Assembly (NCBI RefSeq): GCF_001194135.2
Contig: NC_068993.1
Location: 55,887,855-55,951,854, forward strand
Direction of reading: 5' to 3'
DNA from: Octopus bimaculoides
Lineage: Eukaryota
DNA: 64,000 bases
Positions within the stretch are counted from its first letter, which is position 1, and every line of letters begins with the position of its first letter. Shown here piece after piece: positions 13,701 to 27,056 of the stretch. Made by a program: the position numbers and the translations under genes. Under the pieces are notes generated by a model. It was not told where the DNA came from, searched no databases, and saw only the letters and a program-made list of their open reading frames with translations.

Positions 13701-16569
13701 CAAAAGAAGACAGTTTTGATTGCCATTTATGGAATTAATGCACAGAAACAAAATATAAAGGTGAGTTCAATGATAACAAACCAATTGTTCACTTAAATTT
13801 AGAGCTCAGTCCCATAAGTTCAGCAAGCTTGCTGCTGCTACTACTACATAGCATGATGATGTGATTGCTTACTTTTAGAATGACATTGCAGAGAAGGTGT
13901 GAGAGGCCAGATCTGGCCTTTTTGAACATAAAATAGAACATTTGGGTCAGATACGGCCAGTTTAAATGCTGTCAAGTTAATCTCTCTTCCACTATGTCTA
14001 CAACAGGGATTACGTATTTCAGATCTTGATTCTTAAAGCAGTTATGTCCCACAATACTAACTAGTCAATCATTGCTTTAATCAGTTACTTCTACACTATA
14101 GGATTAACCAATACAACTAACCTCATGTGCGTTGTAGGTCTACATATGCAGAATTGGTCAGGGGATACTTAACAATCAACCACTTGTGTATAATGTGTCT
14201 AGCTGTGTAGCTAGACACTGATTTGGACCAAGAGATCAGTGCATTATGTTCAACCATATCGCCATACTGGCAAAGATTAGTTACACACAGATTTGCTAAA
14301 TACTGAACTAAAGAATCTTTGTAAGCTATGATGATCAACACTATGATAAATATAGTTTATACAGAAGATGTATGTTAAGTTGGCTGTGATCTGTGGTAAC
14401 ATTCAAATGTGCAAGCCTCATTACAGAAAAGGTAGAACTATGAAAGTGTTATAAGTTAGTAATTATAAGGTCATAAGAAGATAATCTGACTGACCGAGTA
14501 AATTATATGGAACCATGCTTATTATAAAGATTAGGAAAATTAATAGATTAAAAAGCTATTGTTATAGTTTGGGGTATCCTCTTTTATAATGTCTATATAT
14601 CAAGCAAAATTCAATATAACTAGTTTTAAAAGAGAAGCAGAGAGAGAAAGAAAGAGAGAAACTGGTATGTGAAGCTGTTAAGGAGACTATTTGCACAATA
14701 AAGGAGGTGTGATAGCAAGGATAGCGGGACACTACTAACTCCCCCTTTTCCGCATGACAGTTAAGCTGCAGCCAACAGGAGGCAAGTAGACAGCAACATG
14801 ACAATATCTTACCTGAGGAATTGGCAGCAATAGTGGCAATAACTGCAGGCTTGATATGAGGGGTGTCACAAGCAATACATTTTCTACAATGTAGTGGATT
14901 GGAGACGAGACATGTATCACATTTCCACATAGACAAGGCTTTATCAAGCTGACAGTTACTGGTCCCAACTGATTGTTTTTCAGTCTGAGACAAACAATGA
15001 ACCATATGGCTAGCAGCATCTGCCAGTAAAAGAAAGCTAAATGTATTTTAATATATCGAATAAGGAAAAGATGAAACCTACCTAACATTACATTTATATG
15101 TATGCTACTATCATTATATACACATTACGGTTGTTGATGCCATTATTATCTTCCAATATGATGTAAATGAAATTGCAGCTGTAACTACCAATAAGCAAGA
15201 AACCTAGCTTTATAGAGTTTTTCTCTCTGGTATTGTAGAAACGTGTATGATATGTTGAGGCAGGCTTTAAATAACGCAAAATCTGTGTAACACGGTCTTG
15301 TAATTTATAAATATTTCTGAAACAGCTTATCAAATTTCCATTTTAGTATTGGTTGGACAGGTCTGCCGTGTGGTAGATCTCCATTCTTTTTGACAGGCTG
15401 TCAGTGAAATTCAACATTCTGCACTTCACCCTTGGTTTAAATCCATTTTTCCTCCACTCCAGCTTGTAGCTATTCATTACAAGGTGAGATACCACGGACA
15501 GTATAATATTGTTAGAAATACAAACATATTCCTAACTGACATAGCAGTGAAAAGTGGAAAGAAATTAAAGAGTGTCCAATGGTAAGACAAATAAGTTATG
15601 TGCAAAACCAAGGTCTCAAGGATTTAAACTAATCTATGAAAAGAAAAATAAAAGAAAAAAAGAAAAAGAAAAGGAAACGAACTTGGTGGTGGTGCTGGTG
15701 GTGCATTAGGGTTGGCAGTTTGACAGGCAACACAGACGCTGTCTGATTCTTTGTTCTGTAACATACACACACTGCATTCCCATGTATCAGATTTCAAGAA
15801 CTTGGCCATTAATGGATCAACTGTGAAATAAAATTACAAGTTTTAGTTAACATTTAAATCTAGACCATAGCAGTTGAAATAGGATCAGTACATCTCCATC
15901 TTCGCTTGTTACCTATAGCATAGTCTACATCAACAAGCGAACATGAAGAGATAGAGAGAGAGAAGACATACAGAACAACAAGAGATTTCACAAAATGTCA
16001 GTCAAGAGAAGAATTCTGACATGTAACTAGACAGAATATAAAATCAGTTAACAATAAAATAAAATTAAACCAACCTTTGTCGGATGAAGTTGGGGCAACG
16101 GTTGTAGCAGGAGTAGTAGTAAAGAGTGTTGGTTTACAACCCGGTTTGGGTGTTTCACAAGCAACACACTTAGTAGCTTCTGCTTTGTTCTGAATCATAC
16201 AAGTATCACACTCCCACGAACCAGACGATGGCATAAATTTTGCCATCAAGCTATCAGGTTGTAAAGATACACTAGCTGAAATAGAAAAAACATACAGAGA
16301 ATATTTAAACACAAAATTCTATTGTGGAATGGGTCTTGATTATTTGACATGACATCAAAACAGTAAAACACTTCAGAAATACTGGATAGAAACCTTTTGG
16401 TTGAGTTGCTGATGGCTTTGATGCTCCACAAGCCACACACTTTGTAGCTTCAGGCTTGTTTAGCAGCATACAGATCTCACAATCCCATGAGTCAGGTGAA
16501 CTGATGAACTTTGCCATCAAACTGTCAGTTACAACGCTAGACGTAGTCGTCGGAGCTGAAGAGACAATT

Positions 16570-16606
<37 letters not shown>

Positions 16607-19600
16607 TATGAATAACTAATAAGTAAAAGTAACAGAAACAGTATCAATATCAAATGGTTTAATATTTATAGCCACTAAAAAGAGAATATTAATTATTTTT
16701 TAATAAGTCCACTGGCTATTTGTAACATTAGTCCCTGATTGGGCACTGAGATTCTATGCATATCATTAGTGGAGAAATTGCTGCTATTTCCAGCCTTAGA
16801 CGTCTACCACAGACAAGGCCAAGGAAGGTAAAAATCATGTGATCAGGAGGTCCCAGCGATTGATTTATCTCCCTGCTAGCGATGTAAACAAGAGTGCTTA
16901 CATGCACCAAAAGCCCACGAGAGGTTCTTTCATGGTAACAACTACCGCAGTAATCAGTGTTCTAATATAACATCCACTTTTATGTGTGGATAAATAATAC
17001 CTATGAATAACCAATTGAATAAACCAGAGCTTCATTGCAGTAATGAGAGATTTTTAAAGAATATTTAAAATAAAGATTCAGTGAAAAACTGAATGTATGG
17101 AAGACAGCAAATTTGCTTAGCTTGATGCATCTTCTCAAGTAGGGCAAATTGCCACAACTCCCAGTCCCTTGTCATTTCCTCAGTGAGGCCCAGCACCCGA
17201 AAATCCTTTCTCACCACTTTGTCCCACATCTTCCTGGGTCTACTCCTTCCACAGGTTCCCTCCACAATTAGAGCTTGGCATTCCTTTAAGCAGCTGTCAT
17301 CATCCAACATGGATGTCTCATTCAAACATGGAAGCTTTATCTCTAAACTGATGGTCACAAAGCTCTTATACACTAGACCATCAATGTATGTACAATTAAT
17401 GTTTTATTTTGAGAGGCTATGACTGCTTTTACTAAAAGATAAACCAAAAAAGCATTAATTGTATGCGTGTCAGTAGTCTAGTGAATAAGTGCTTTACTAA
17501 ATTGAAGATCAAATTGAGTGAAATGTAGAGTAGATGGTAAAATTCAAACCATTTTCCATCTCTGAAAATGAAATTAATAGTTTGAAAAGTAACAACTTCA
17601 TAGAAGCAATAACTAGTTTTACAATAATCTGGTTCTAACACTATCGGTTTCCTTGCTATTCTTTACTAGTAATAAGTTTCCTGATATCAAGACTAACTAA
17701 TTGGCAACGAAATAGGTTTTACAAGAGAAATCTCGAACAATATTAAGAAATTTCAAAAACTGACAAACCTTTAGTTGAAGCTGCAGATGGTTTTCGTGTC
17801 CCACAACTAACACATTTTTTGCTTTCAGTTTTATTTGGGACCATACAAGCATCACAATCCCAAGAGTCAACTGTTAAAAACTTGGCCATCAAAGGATCAA
17901 CTTGTGCTTTGGAAGTTTCTGGAAAAACAAATACATCAAGAACAGAATAAACGCTTTGTCACACTGACAAAGTGGCAAAATTTATATCTATCTATCTATC
18001 TATATATATATATATATTAAATTCAGCTTATGTTGAAAGTCAACAAAGTTTGCTTTAGAAGTGTTGAGATGTATTCAAAGATAGAGATAAGGAAATAATT
18101 TTATTCTCAAATGCAGGTTAATGCTAATAACTATCAATCATTGGGAATTAGCATATTTAGTGCTATGGCCAATTTGGGGACCTACTAGTTTTATAGTAAG
18201 TTGTTTCTTAAGGATTCCACTTGAGGTTCTGACAATTATTTGCCTTACTTAAGCCTTTCTACTATAGACACAAAGCCTGAAATTTTGGAGGAGGAGGCTA
18301 GTCGATTACATTGATCCCAGTATGAAACTGGTACTTATTTCATCAACCTCAAAAGGATGAAAAGCAAAGTTGACCTTGGCAAAATTTGAACTCAGAACGT
18401 AAAGATGGACGAAATGCCGCAAAGGATTTTGCCCAGTGTGCCAATGGTCTTACCAGTTTGCTGCCTTATTTGTCTTAGCAAGGGAACAATTGAAGGAGGG
18501 GCTATGCTATAGATCTCATGCCTAATGAATAGAGTTATAAGTACATACATGTGTGTGTGTGTGTGTGTGTGAGAAAGATTAAAAACATAGACAAATAGAG
18601 AGATAAAGAAAACATATTACCTTTTTTCTGACCACCAAGCACATCCATTACACTTCCAGTCTTCAAAGTGGAAGCAGGTTGAATCCCTCCAAAGCCGCCG
18701 CTGCTGCTGCTGCTGCCACTGCTGCTATCAACTGGTTTACTGCCAGATGTCTTTAGTGTAAAAGCTATGTTAATACATATAAATAAAACATCACATGCAT
18801 TAGAATTTATAGGGAGACACGAGGGAAACATCAAACATGTCTACATCATACAACTACATAGAGACCTAAAACAAAAGATAGGGGGGGGGAAAAAAATCCT
18901 ACAGAATGCTCACCTGGTTTTTCATCAAAGATGGAAGTTGATTTTGGTTTAGGCAAAGTTGATGAAACACTGAACTGGAACGTGTGTTTAGCAGAGTCTA
19001 CAATTACTTTGTCAGGAGAACTGAATTTAAAGTCCTGAAATAAATAAATAGAAATCAATACTGAAAATAACTAGACTCCATTTATGATGTTAAGCCTTTC
19101 AGACTTTGAGGGTTTTAAAGTTTGTGCATTTACATTTACATATATAGCATCATCATCTACATGATGGTATAGAGAAAATCTAAGATTAGTTTATCTAATG
19201 TATTGTGCTTTTAAGACGAAGGGTATGCAAGATTAATAGAAAGCAATGAGAATGAATAAGGATTACACATGATAGAGTAACCTGAATGCGAAAGGATTCA
19301 GGAGTATTACCAGTGGCTATTGACCATGAAAGGTTGGTCAGTCCACATTACTCAATAAGGAGCCCAAGGTTGACTTCCTGGTTTCTCTGGCATATATATG
19401 TTCTTCCCTAGATGAGAGGCCTGTCTTTTGCAGGATTACTCATTTATACCAGCTGAGTGGACTGGAGCAAAGCAAAAATGAAGTGTTTTGCTCATGAACA
19501 CAATGCATTGCCTGGTCCAGGAATTGAAACCACGATCTTCCAATCATGAATCCGACACCCTAACCACTAAGCCATGTGCCACTGCATTGACTATGAAAGA

Positions 19601-22600
19601 GGTGAGTGCATATTAAAAAAAAATATATATATACATATATAAAAACTTACTGAAACTGAAGGTAAGCCTTCAGATACCAAGTTTGTATCTGGTAGTGTTG
19701 TTTGTATGGGAGTAGAGAATTTAAAATCTGATTCTGATGAATTGAAGCTAGTGTTAGAGCCGAAACTAGTGCTAGCACCAAAGCTAGGAGTTGCTGTTAT
19801 AGTTGATGTTGTTGCAGTAGACTGTGCAGTTCCGCTATTAGACTTGTCAGCAGAAATAGTAGTAGTAAGAGGTGTGAAAGTAGATCTTCCGGATTGATTA
19901 GAAAAGCTGCTTGTTGATATTCCAAAAGAGAATTTGGGCACATTTGTGACAGGCAGGACAAAATCAGTCTTCAACTGTACAGGCTCCTTTAAGTGAAAGA
20001 TAGACAGGTAGATAATTAGTGAGAAACTTCAACAGGGTTAGAGAAAGAAACCAAGAAACACTTTTATCATCATGGAATATTGTTTGATTCTGTAAAGAAT
20101 AAATATAATGGCAATCTTTCGGTACGATTACCTAAATATCGGCCTTTTCCGTAAAAGTGTCTTCGGCGATCTTTACCAAAGATTGCACTTTTCCGTAAAA
20201 AGTGTTGGAGAGAAACAGGGAAACGATGTCATAACAGCGAAAGACATGCAGAGAGCGCGATTTATTTTGAAGCGTTTAGAGTTAGGGTTAGGGTTTTAGG
20301 GTTTGCATTAGGGAATTTCGTCCCTAACCGTAACCCTAACACCGCAGTGAAGATCATGCTGGTGTTATGGAAAAGGCCGATATTTAGGAACTCGTACCGA
20401 AAGATCACCAATATAATATATAGGAGTAGATTTCCATTACATTTGCAGTAAAAGGTTTCACATCACATATTAAAACAAACAATTTCACCTAATTAGATAT
20501 AAGGAGTGTGTCACATGACAGGTCATGTCATATAAGAATACCAGAAACAATACCAATACATCAAAGAGCAAAACAAGAAAACAAACAGAATGTGTGATTT
20601 GAGCTGTATGTTACCTCAGTTTCATCTTCCATATCTTTCATTGAATTTCCTCTTGTAGAATAACTTTTCTCTCTCTTCATCTTACCACTAATTGGTGGTC
20701 TCCCTAGAGAAAGTGAGGGTTCTGAAACATTTGTAGCTGTTGGCTGGGTTACCAAGGGTATAGAAAAGAAACTGGATGCTGTTGCTGATGATGCTGTTGG
20801 TATCGAAGCTGTTGCTGTAGCTGCTACTGTTGTTGTTGTTTTCTCACTGCAAGGTAAGATGCTGGATTTAACTACAGGAAACTTTCAGATCACAAAATAA
20901 AACAGAAAACTTAAAGGAATACTACACAAACCAAATGGTCAAAATTAGAGGACGATAAGGTAAGACAGGTCAATACCACTTCTACTGTACTTTTGTCACC
21001 ACTCACCACATTCAGCTTCATATATTGGAAGGACTAATACTGAGATGAAATGGAAGTGATGATGATGATGATGATGACAGCTTATATGATCTAAAATAAA
21101 TACATAATTCCAGATAAGAGTAATAAAGACAGTGACCATATACATTTGTCTACCATACAGTAATTATACAAGATCACCACAAGCCAACTGTCACAAGACG
21201 ATGGCAGACAAGCCTACAACTGCATGTCTATAAGATAAAGATCCTACCGCCAAAATCATTGCTTTAACTTCCACTTTACCAGATTGTCTAAAGCAAGATA
21301 ATATTTTGTCATGGCATGACATCTTTTAATGGAAATTGTAAACAAAAGACACTGCTTGTATGACAGTGATGCTTGCTGACAAAAGGTAAGGACAGACACA
21401 CACACATCCATATCCACTCATAAAATTCTGGTTGGCCTGGAGCTATAGTAGAAGACATTCGCCCAAGGTGCTGTGTAGGGGGACAGAATCCAAAACTACA
21501 GTGGGGAAGCACACTTCTTGACCACACAGCCATATCAGCACCAGAGAGCATAACAGGATGAATAAGACACACGGCAGTTACTTACACTGAGGCAGTCTGT
21601 GGAGTTGTTGCAAAGACTCTAGCCAGTTCCTTAGAAGTATCTTTCCCTGTATAGCTGCTTACCTGAAAAATTAAAGCAAAAATTAGTTCATCAATGTATA
21701 TAGATTGAAATATTCAGCACTTTCATTAACAACTCATTTAAATGAGAACATCTATGCAAATCTTATGCTTTGATTTAAATGGTGAGATAATCTAGCTGCA
21801 GAAAATAAACTCACAAGAATCCACACAGAGACAAGAGATAATTTTCTATCTCCTTGTGCTCAACCATGTGGATGGAAAAGGTATATTGCAACCTTAAATA
21901 CAACATGTACATGGCCAACATAGATAAAATGAACCAAATGAGTTACTAATTAGTTGTTACACCCAGAAGTGGTGATTGAGTACTGAGAATGATTTCTCTT
22001 ACTTATTATACCAAATCATGAGGCACTTAAAAGCAATGTGATCAACTACAATTCCAAGTGGATGTAGCAACACAGTTGAGTGCACTGCTATAAAGAAAGA
22101 AAAAAACCTTGCTGGGAGAAAGATAATACACTGTTATAAATTCAACATCCATCCCCATAACCAAAATATATCAAGAATGCCAACACCAGAAAAGGAAAGT
22201 TTCCAGTGACTTTTTGAGCTTTCCAATGTATGCCCAACAAGGTTCATAATATAGTGGGTTAATATCAAAAGGGTTAAATAACTGAGGTAGTATTTCCAAT
22301 AATGGCAGCATTATGTTTTTGGTCTTTCATACAGATGGTTGACAGCAATAATTCCAACTGTTCACAATTTAATACTACTATCAAAGGAAAATGAACATCA
22401 TAAATTACACAGTGGCTAGCTTGGGCAGTAAATATAAGTGAAGTTCTGTAATATCATCTCAAATATGCTGATGCACTTGACTGGAGAGGTGGAAAAAAAA
22501 AAAGTAACATTCTCAAGTATAATATATACCCCAAATATTTAGGTTTAAAAGCTGAAAAAAAAAAGTGTACATTATACAGGCATAGCTACGGCACTTCCTT

Positions 22601-25600
22601 TTCAAATTTATGTTGGCAATGAATTGAGAAAAGAAAAGATTCTAACTTTGTTAATATGTTCTGTTTGCTTCTGGGTATTTTCCATAGTTGGAGAGCTCTT
22701 GAAAGCACTGTATGCTGACTGCCTGTTTTTGGCTATGGTAGCTTTCGATGGGGAATTTAGCATAACTGTTGGTGGACCTCTAGGTGGTAGCTGGAAAAAA
22801 ATAAATAGATATAATTCTACCAAACAGAATTGTAGTGATATCAGGCATTAATATCAAAATACTTTTAAAATATTCACAACTATCTAAGTAACATGACTGG
22901 TTAAAAATCAAGGTGATCAATTTTTTAAAAATCTGCTACAGCTCAAGTCAAATACAACTCCCACTGTACAGTTAAGGTCAGACATTCAGTTATATACAAT
23001 AACAAAAAAAAAAAAAAAAAAACTAAATGGCACCTTGGTTTTGACAACTAGTATTTCAGTTGTCCCATCAAACCAAACTATTTACTTATTGAATTAGAGT
23101 AGCGATGTTGTTGATACTACAGTCAGAGATTTTCCAACCCTGATCACCTTGTCTTTTATTTAGTGTAGCTAATAACATTATCCTTTTAAGATGGCAGGAT
23201 GTGATTTAAAAGCAATTCAGCTGCTATTTCTAGCAGGTCTAGCAATTACACAGAGGCCCTTTCATTGGTTTTTAAGAGAAAGTGATCTGCAATAAGATAA
23301 GATTTTTCTCACACTACTAACTCCATAATTAATTCCTTATTTAATATAAAGTTATTTCCTAACAAAGAATTTTGCTTACCTTTTCAGAATCGTTACTAAA
23401 AGTTGAAACTGCAACTGATGGTCTATTGCGTCGTTTAAAATTGGATGGCTGCCAAATATAAATGTGTACCACATGTTATTGTATATAGTCACTTGAGTTT
23501 TAGTCTAAATTCTGGCACCTCTTTACATGACCACCACCCACTTCCAGACAAAAGCATTAATCCAAATCTGAAAATACTGCATACTTTGATGGTACAGTAC
23601 AAATTGTTTAATTTACCCACTGTTTTACAATTGTTTGCTTAGTTTTCATAATGAAGACAAGAAATTTTTCAATGACAAATTGGACCCTCACAGACTAGGA
23701 ATATCCAGGTGAGAGCAGGAATGTAGGTGGAACATTATAGTGCGGGAATATTTAACTCCATGACAACAGTTTTATCACAACAAAAATAAATTTCAAGAGA
23801 AACTATTTAAATAAAGTAAAACCAATATATACTTTAATAAAAAGTGTTTATATTTATATTTTAATAAAGTTTATATTTGCAACAAGTGACAAAAGTAAAC
23901 CATTTAATTCATAGTTAATTTGATGTCCACTAATTTTATAATAATTTGTGGATGTGGTGCTTAAACCAGACCAGTTCACTTAATTGACCACAGCCCACCT
24001 TATCAATATTGAGTAGACTTGTCTGGCAGAAATAACAATAAGAAAACGATTATACTTACAGAAAACTGTAGAACTGTATCCGCCAAATTGTGATTATTCA
24101 TTGGAATCTTACGAGCATCCTGAAAAGTAAGAAAGTTACAAACTTTAGTTACAGGCAGAAGACTGGCACAACCTGTGGTATTTAACCACAGCTCTTGATG
24201 TTCTGGCTTAAATCTATACAAGATCAACTTTACTTTTTATCCTTCTAGAGTTGATTAAGTACAAGTATCAGAGCCACTTTAATATTTCCTGTAAACGAAT
24301 TTATACAAAAAAAAAAAAAAAAAAAAAAAAAAGGTATTTCAACATAAAAACATACAGGATGCATCGAATAATGTAGCCCAAGTTATGCTATGTATAAAAA
24401 AAAGACTATTTTATTCTTTTATACGTTTCAGCGCTGAGACTGTGGCTATGCTGGGGCACTGCCAGTATCCTAATAGCTGGAACAAATAATTAATGTAGAC
24501 TTGCAATTAGGGAGGAGTCATGGTTAAACAACACACATCACAAACAAGATTATTCTACAAAATATGGTAATGAGAATAAATACTGAAAGTGAAGATGTAC
24601 AAAAAAACTCACTGATATAGGAGTTGCCATCATTTCTAAAATATCTGAGATCCGTTTTGCTGTAGAACTTGTTACAGCCCCAGTACTGTTCTTATGCAGT
24701 GGTTTAGCGTTGACCTGACGCCGATATGGTGTGGCAGCCTACGAAGAAAGAGAAACGAAATTAAGAGTGCAAACACACAAACATCTTTCAGTAATCCCTG
24801 AGCAATAACTGTGTTAGAGTATCAGATATTTGTTCCTGACATTATAGTTTAGAACAATGTTTTAAGCTCAAATTTTAACAAGGCCTTCATATCCCATTGA
24901 CAGTCAGGATTACACTCCCAACTTAATCACAACTGAAAGCTCCAAAGGCTGAGGTATTATTGACTCCTGCTGCTGCAATCAAACAATGATTTATATGCAA
25001 ATATCAAACTACTGCAGCTAAGCTGGGTAAGAAGACCATTATATGCCTATTTATTTGTTGTTTCGAACCACATGCAAATATTGCAGCCATACTAAGTCTC
25101 AAAAGTGCTAGGAGGTGAACAGTCTAGATTATTTAACAATGTAAAGCAGGGAACTTACAGAATATGGGTTACTTTCTTTCAGGCGCATTTTTCTCCTAGA
25201 AGAAGCCCCACCATACTGTGTTTTACCGCCATAAAATGAAGACTCATGCTGACTATCAGAGAGCAAGGAATCTTTCTAGAAAACACAAACATAGACACAT
25301 TTAAGAAAGCCAACAACAATGTAGTATGTGAGGTTATACTATAAATCGACGATGATGATGATGATAATAATAATAATAATACTACTACAGTAACTTACCA
25401 AGAAGGGAGAGACAAGCAGAGAAGGTTCAAATCTAGGCTTAGTCCGAAAAGAGTCACTTTCATTTTTTTTAATATAGGATATATTGCTCCACACTTTAGA
25501 ACTTTCACAATCACCTGTAGAGAAAGAAAGAAATTATATGAAATATTATGATTTCCCATGTTAGAAGTTTTAGAGTTATGAAGGACATTATAACAATGAG

Positions 25601-27025
25601 TAAAACTGTAGATTTGTAACTGGTGAGCACTTACAACTCCAGTAGATTACTGGTACATAGGATGTGGGTTAATTTGCATTATCTTAAGAAAAAAAAAATA
25701 ATTACTAAAATTCCTTACAAATAAAAATCAAGATGAATTAATTGGTCTTTAAATTGTGAACATTTAAAAAAATTGAGAGTATTATAGATAACATACACCT
25801 TCTTCCTGATTTACAACCGAGTTCCATTCTGATCGATAGGTCATAAGATGAATTTATATTTTTCAACACTATTTTCATTCAAAAGGATTATAAAAATATA
25901 AAATATAAAAATTTAATCAATAATTATTGTACATAATGTGAAAAATACATATGTATTTTTTGAGGTCTTACGTGCAGATGGTTGTAAGTTGAGGAGGTGT
26001 ATTTTTAAATAGCTCACACCTAGTTGTGGAGAAACCTGGCTCTCCACCTGCTTGTGAAATTAAGAGGCAAGTGGCGGAGCACTTCATGTCGTTCTCAGAG
26101 AAATTCAGCATGACACACAGAGTGTGACATTGTTGGCTCTTTGAATTACAACTTATTTTTGTGGATTGCTGTGGAAAGAAGTAGCAGGTTATATGACATT
26201 GTTCCTTCTAATAGATCATCGTATCCAAAAGAATATTTCGTTCACTTAACATCACTGAATTAAAGCAAAGCAATGAATGGTCCCTCTAGGTTGCTTGGAA
26301 TTTGCAGATATATATATAGTGAGAATTTACAAAAAAACAAAAGACGAAGACAGGTGTGTATTAGTTTAACACTTGGGAAGTGAGAAAGTCTTTTATGTTT
26401 CGAGCCTATGCTCTTCGACAGAAAGGAACACAGAAAGAAACAGGGGGAGAAAATAGAAAAAGGTTTAGTGGCTAGCAATCTATATATATATGTATGTATG
26501 TATATGTAAATATATGTTTATATTCTATGTATTTCACTGATGAAAGGATCATATTTAACTTACAGCTATCTTCAGGATCAACACTAATGCTGCCATTCCC
26601 ATCATCATCATTATCAATAGATGCTGTAGTTGATTGATAATTCATGTCTGAAGAAAGTTGGGCGTCAGCAGAAGGATGTAACCGATTCTTTAGTTGTTCA
26701 ATATCTGCTCCAGTGAGAGAGAGACAGTTCTGTTTATCACCTAACCGGGGCATCGTCTCTGAAATTTGGCCAGCATGAGGCAATGAACCATCTGAAACAA
26801 AATTACATTAATTAGCAATTTTGGTATGTTGTAGTGGTGGAAGGAGAATAACAGTGATAGCGATTAAAAACTAAGAACACAAAAAACCTTTTTGATAATT
26901 ATGCCAATAGAAGTACATATCACATATACATATATGAGATCTGAAAAGTTCCAGGAAATTAGCTGACATATTAATGAATGATCAATAGATAAATAAGCAA
27001 GTCATGATCAATTTAAGCACACATA

Positions 27026-27056
<31 letters not shown>

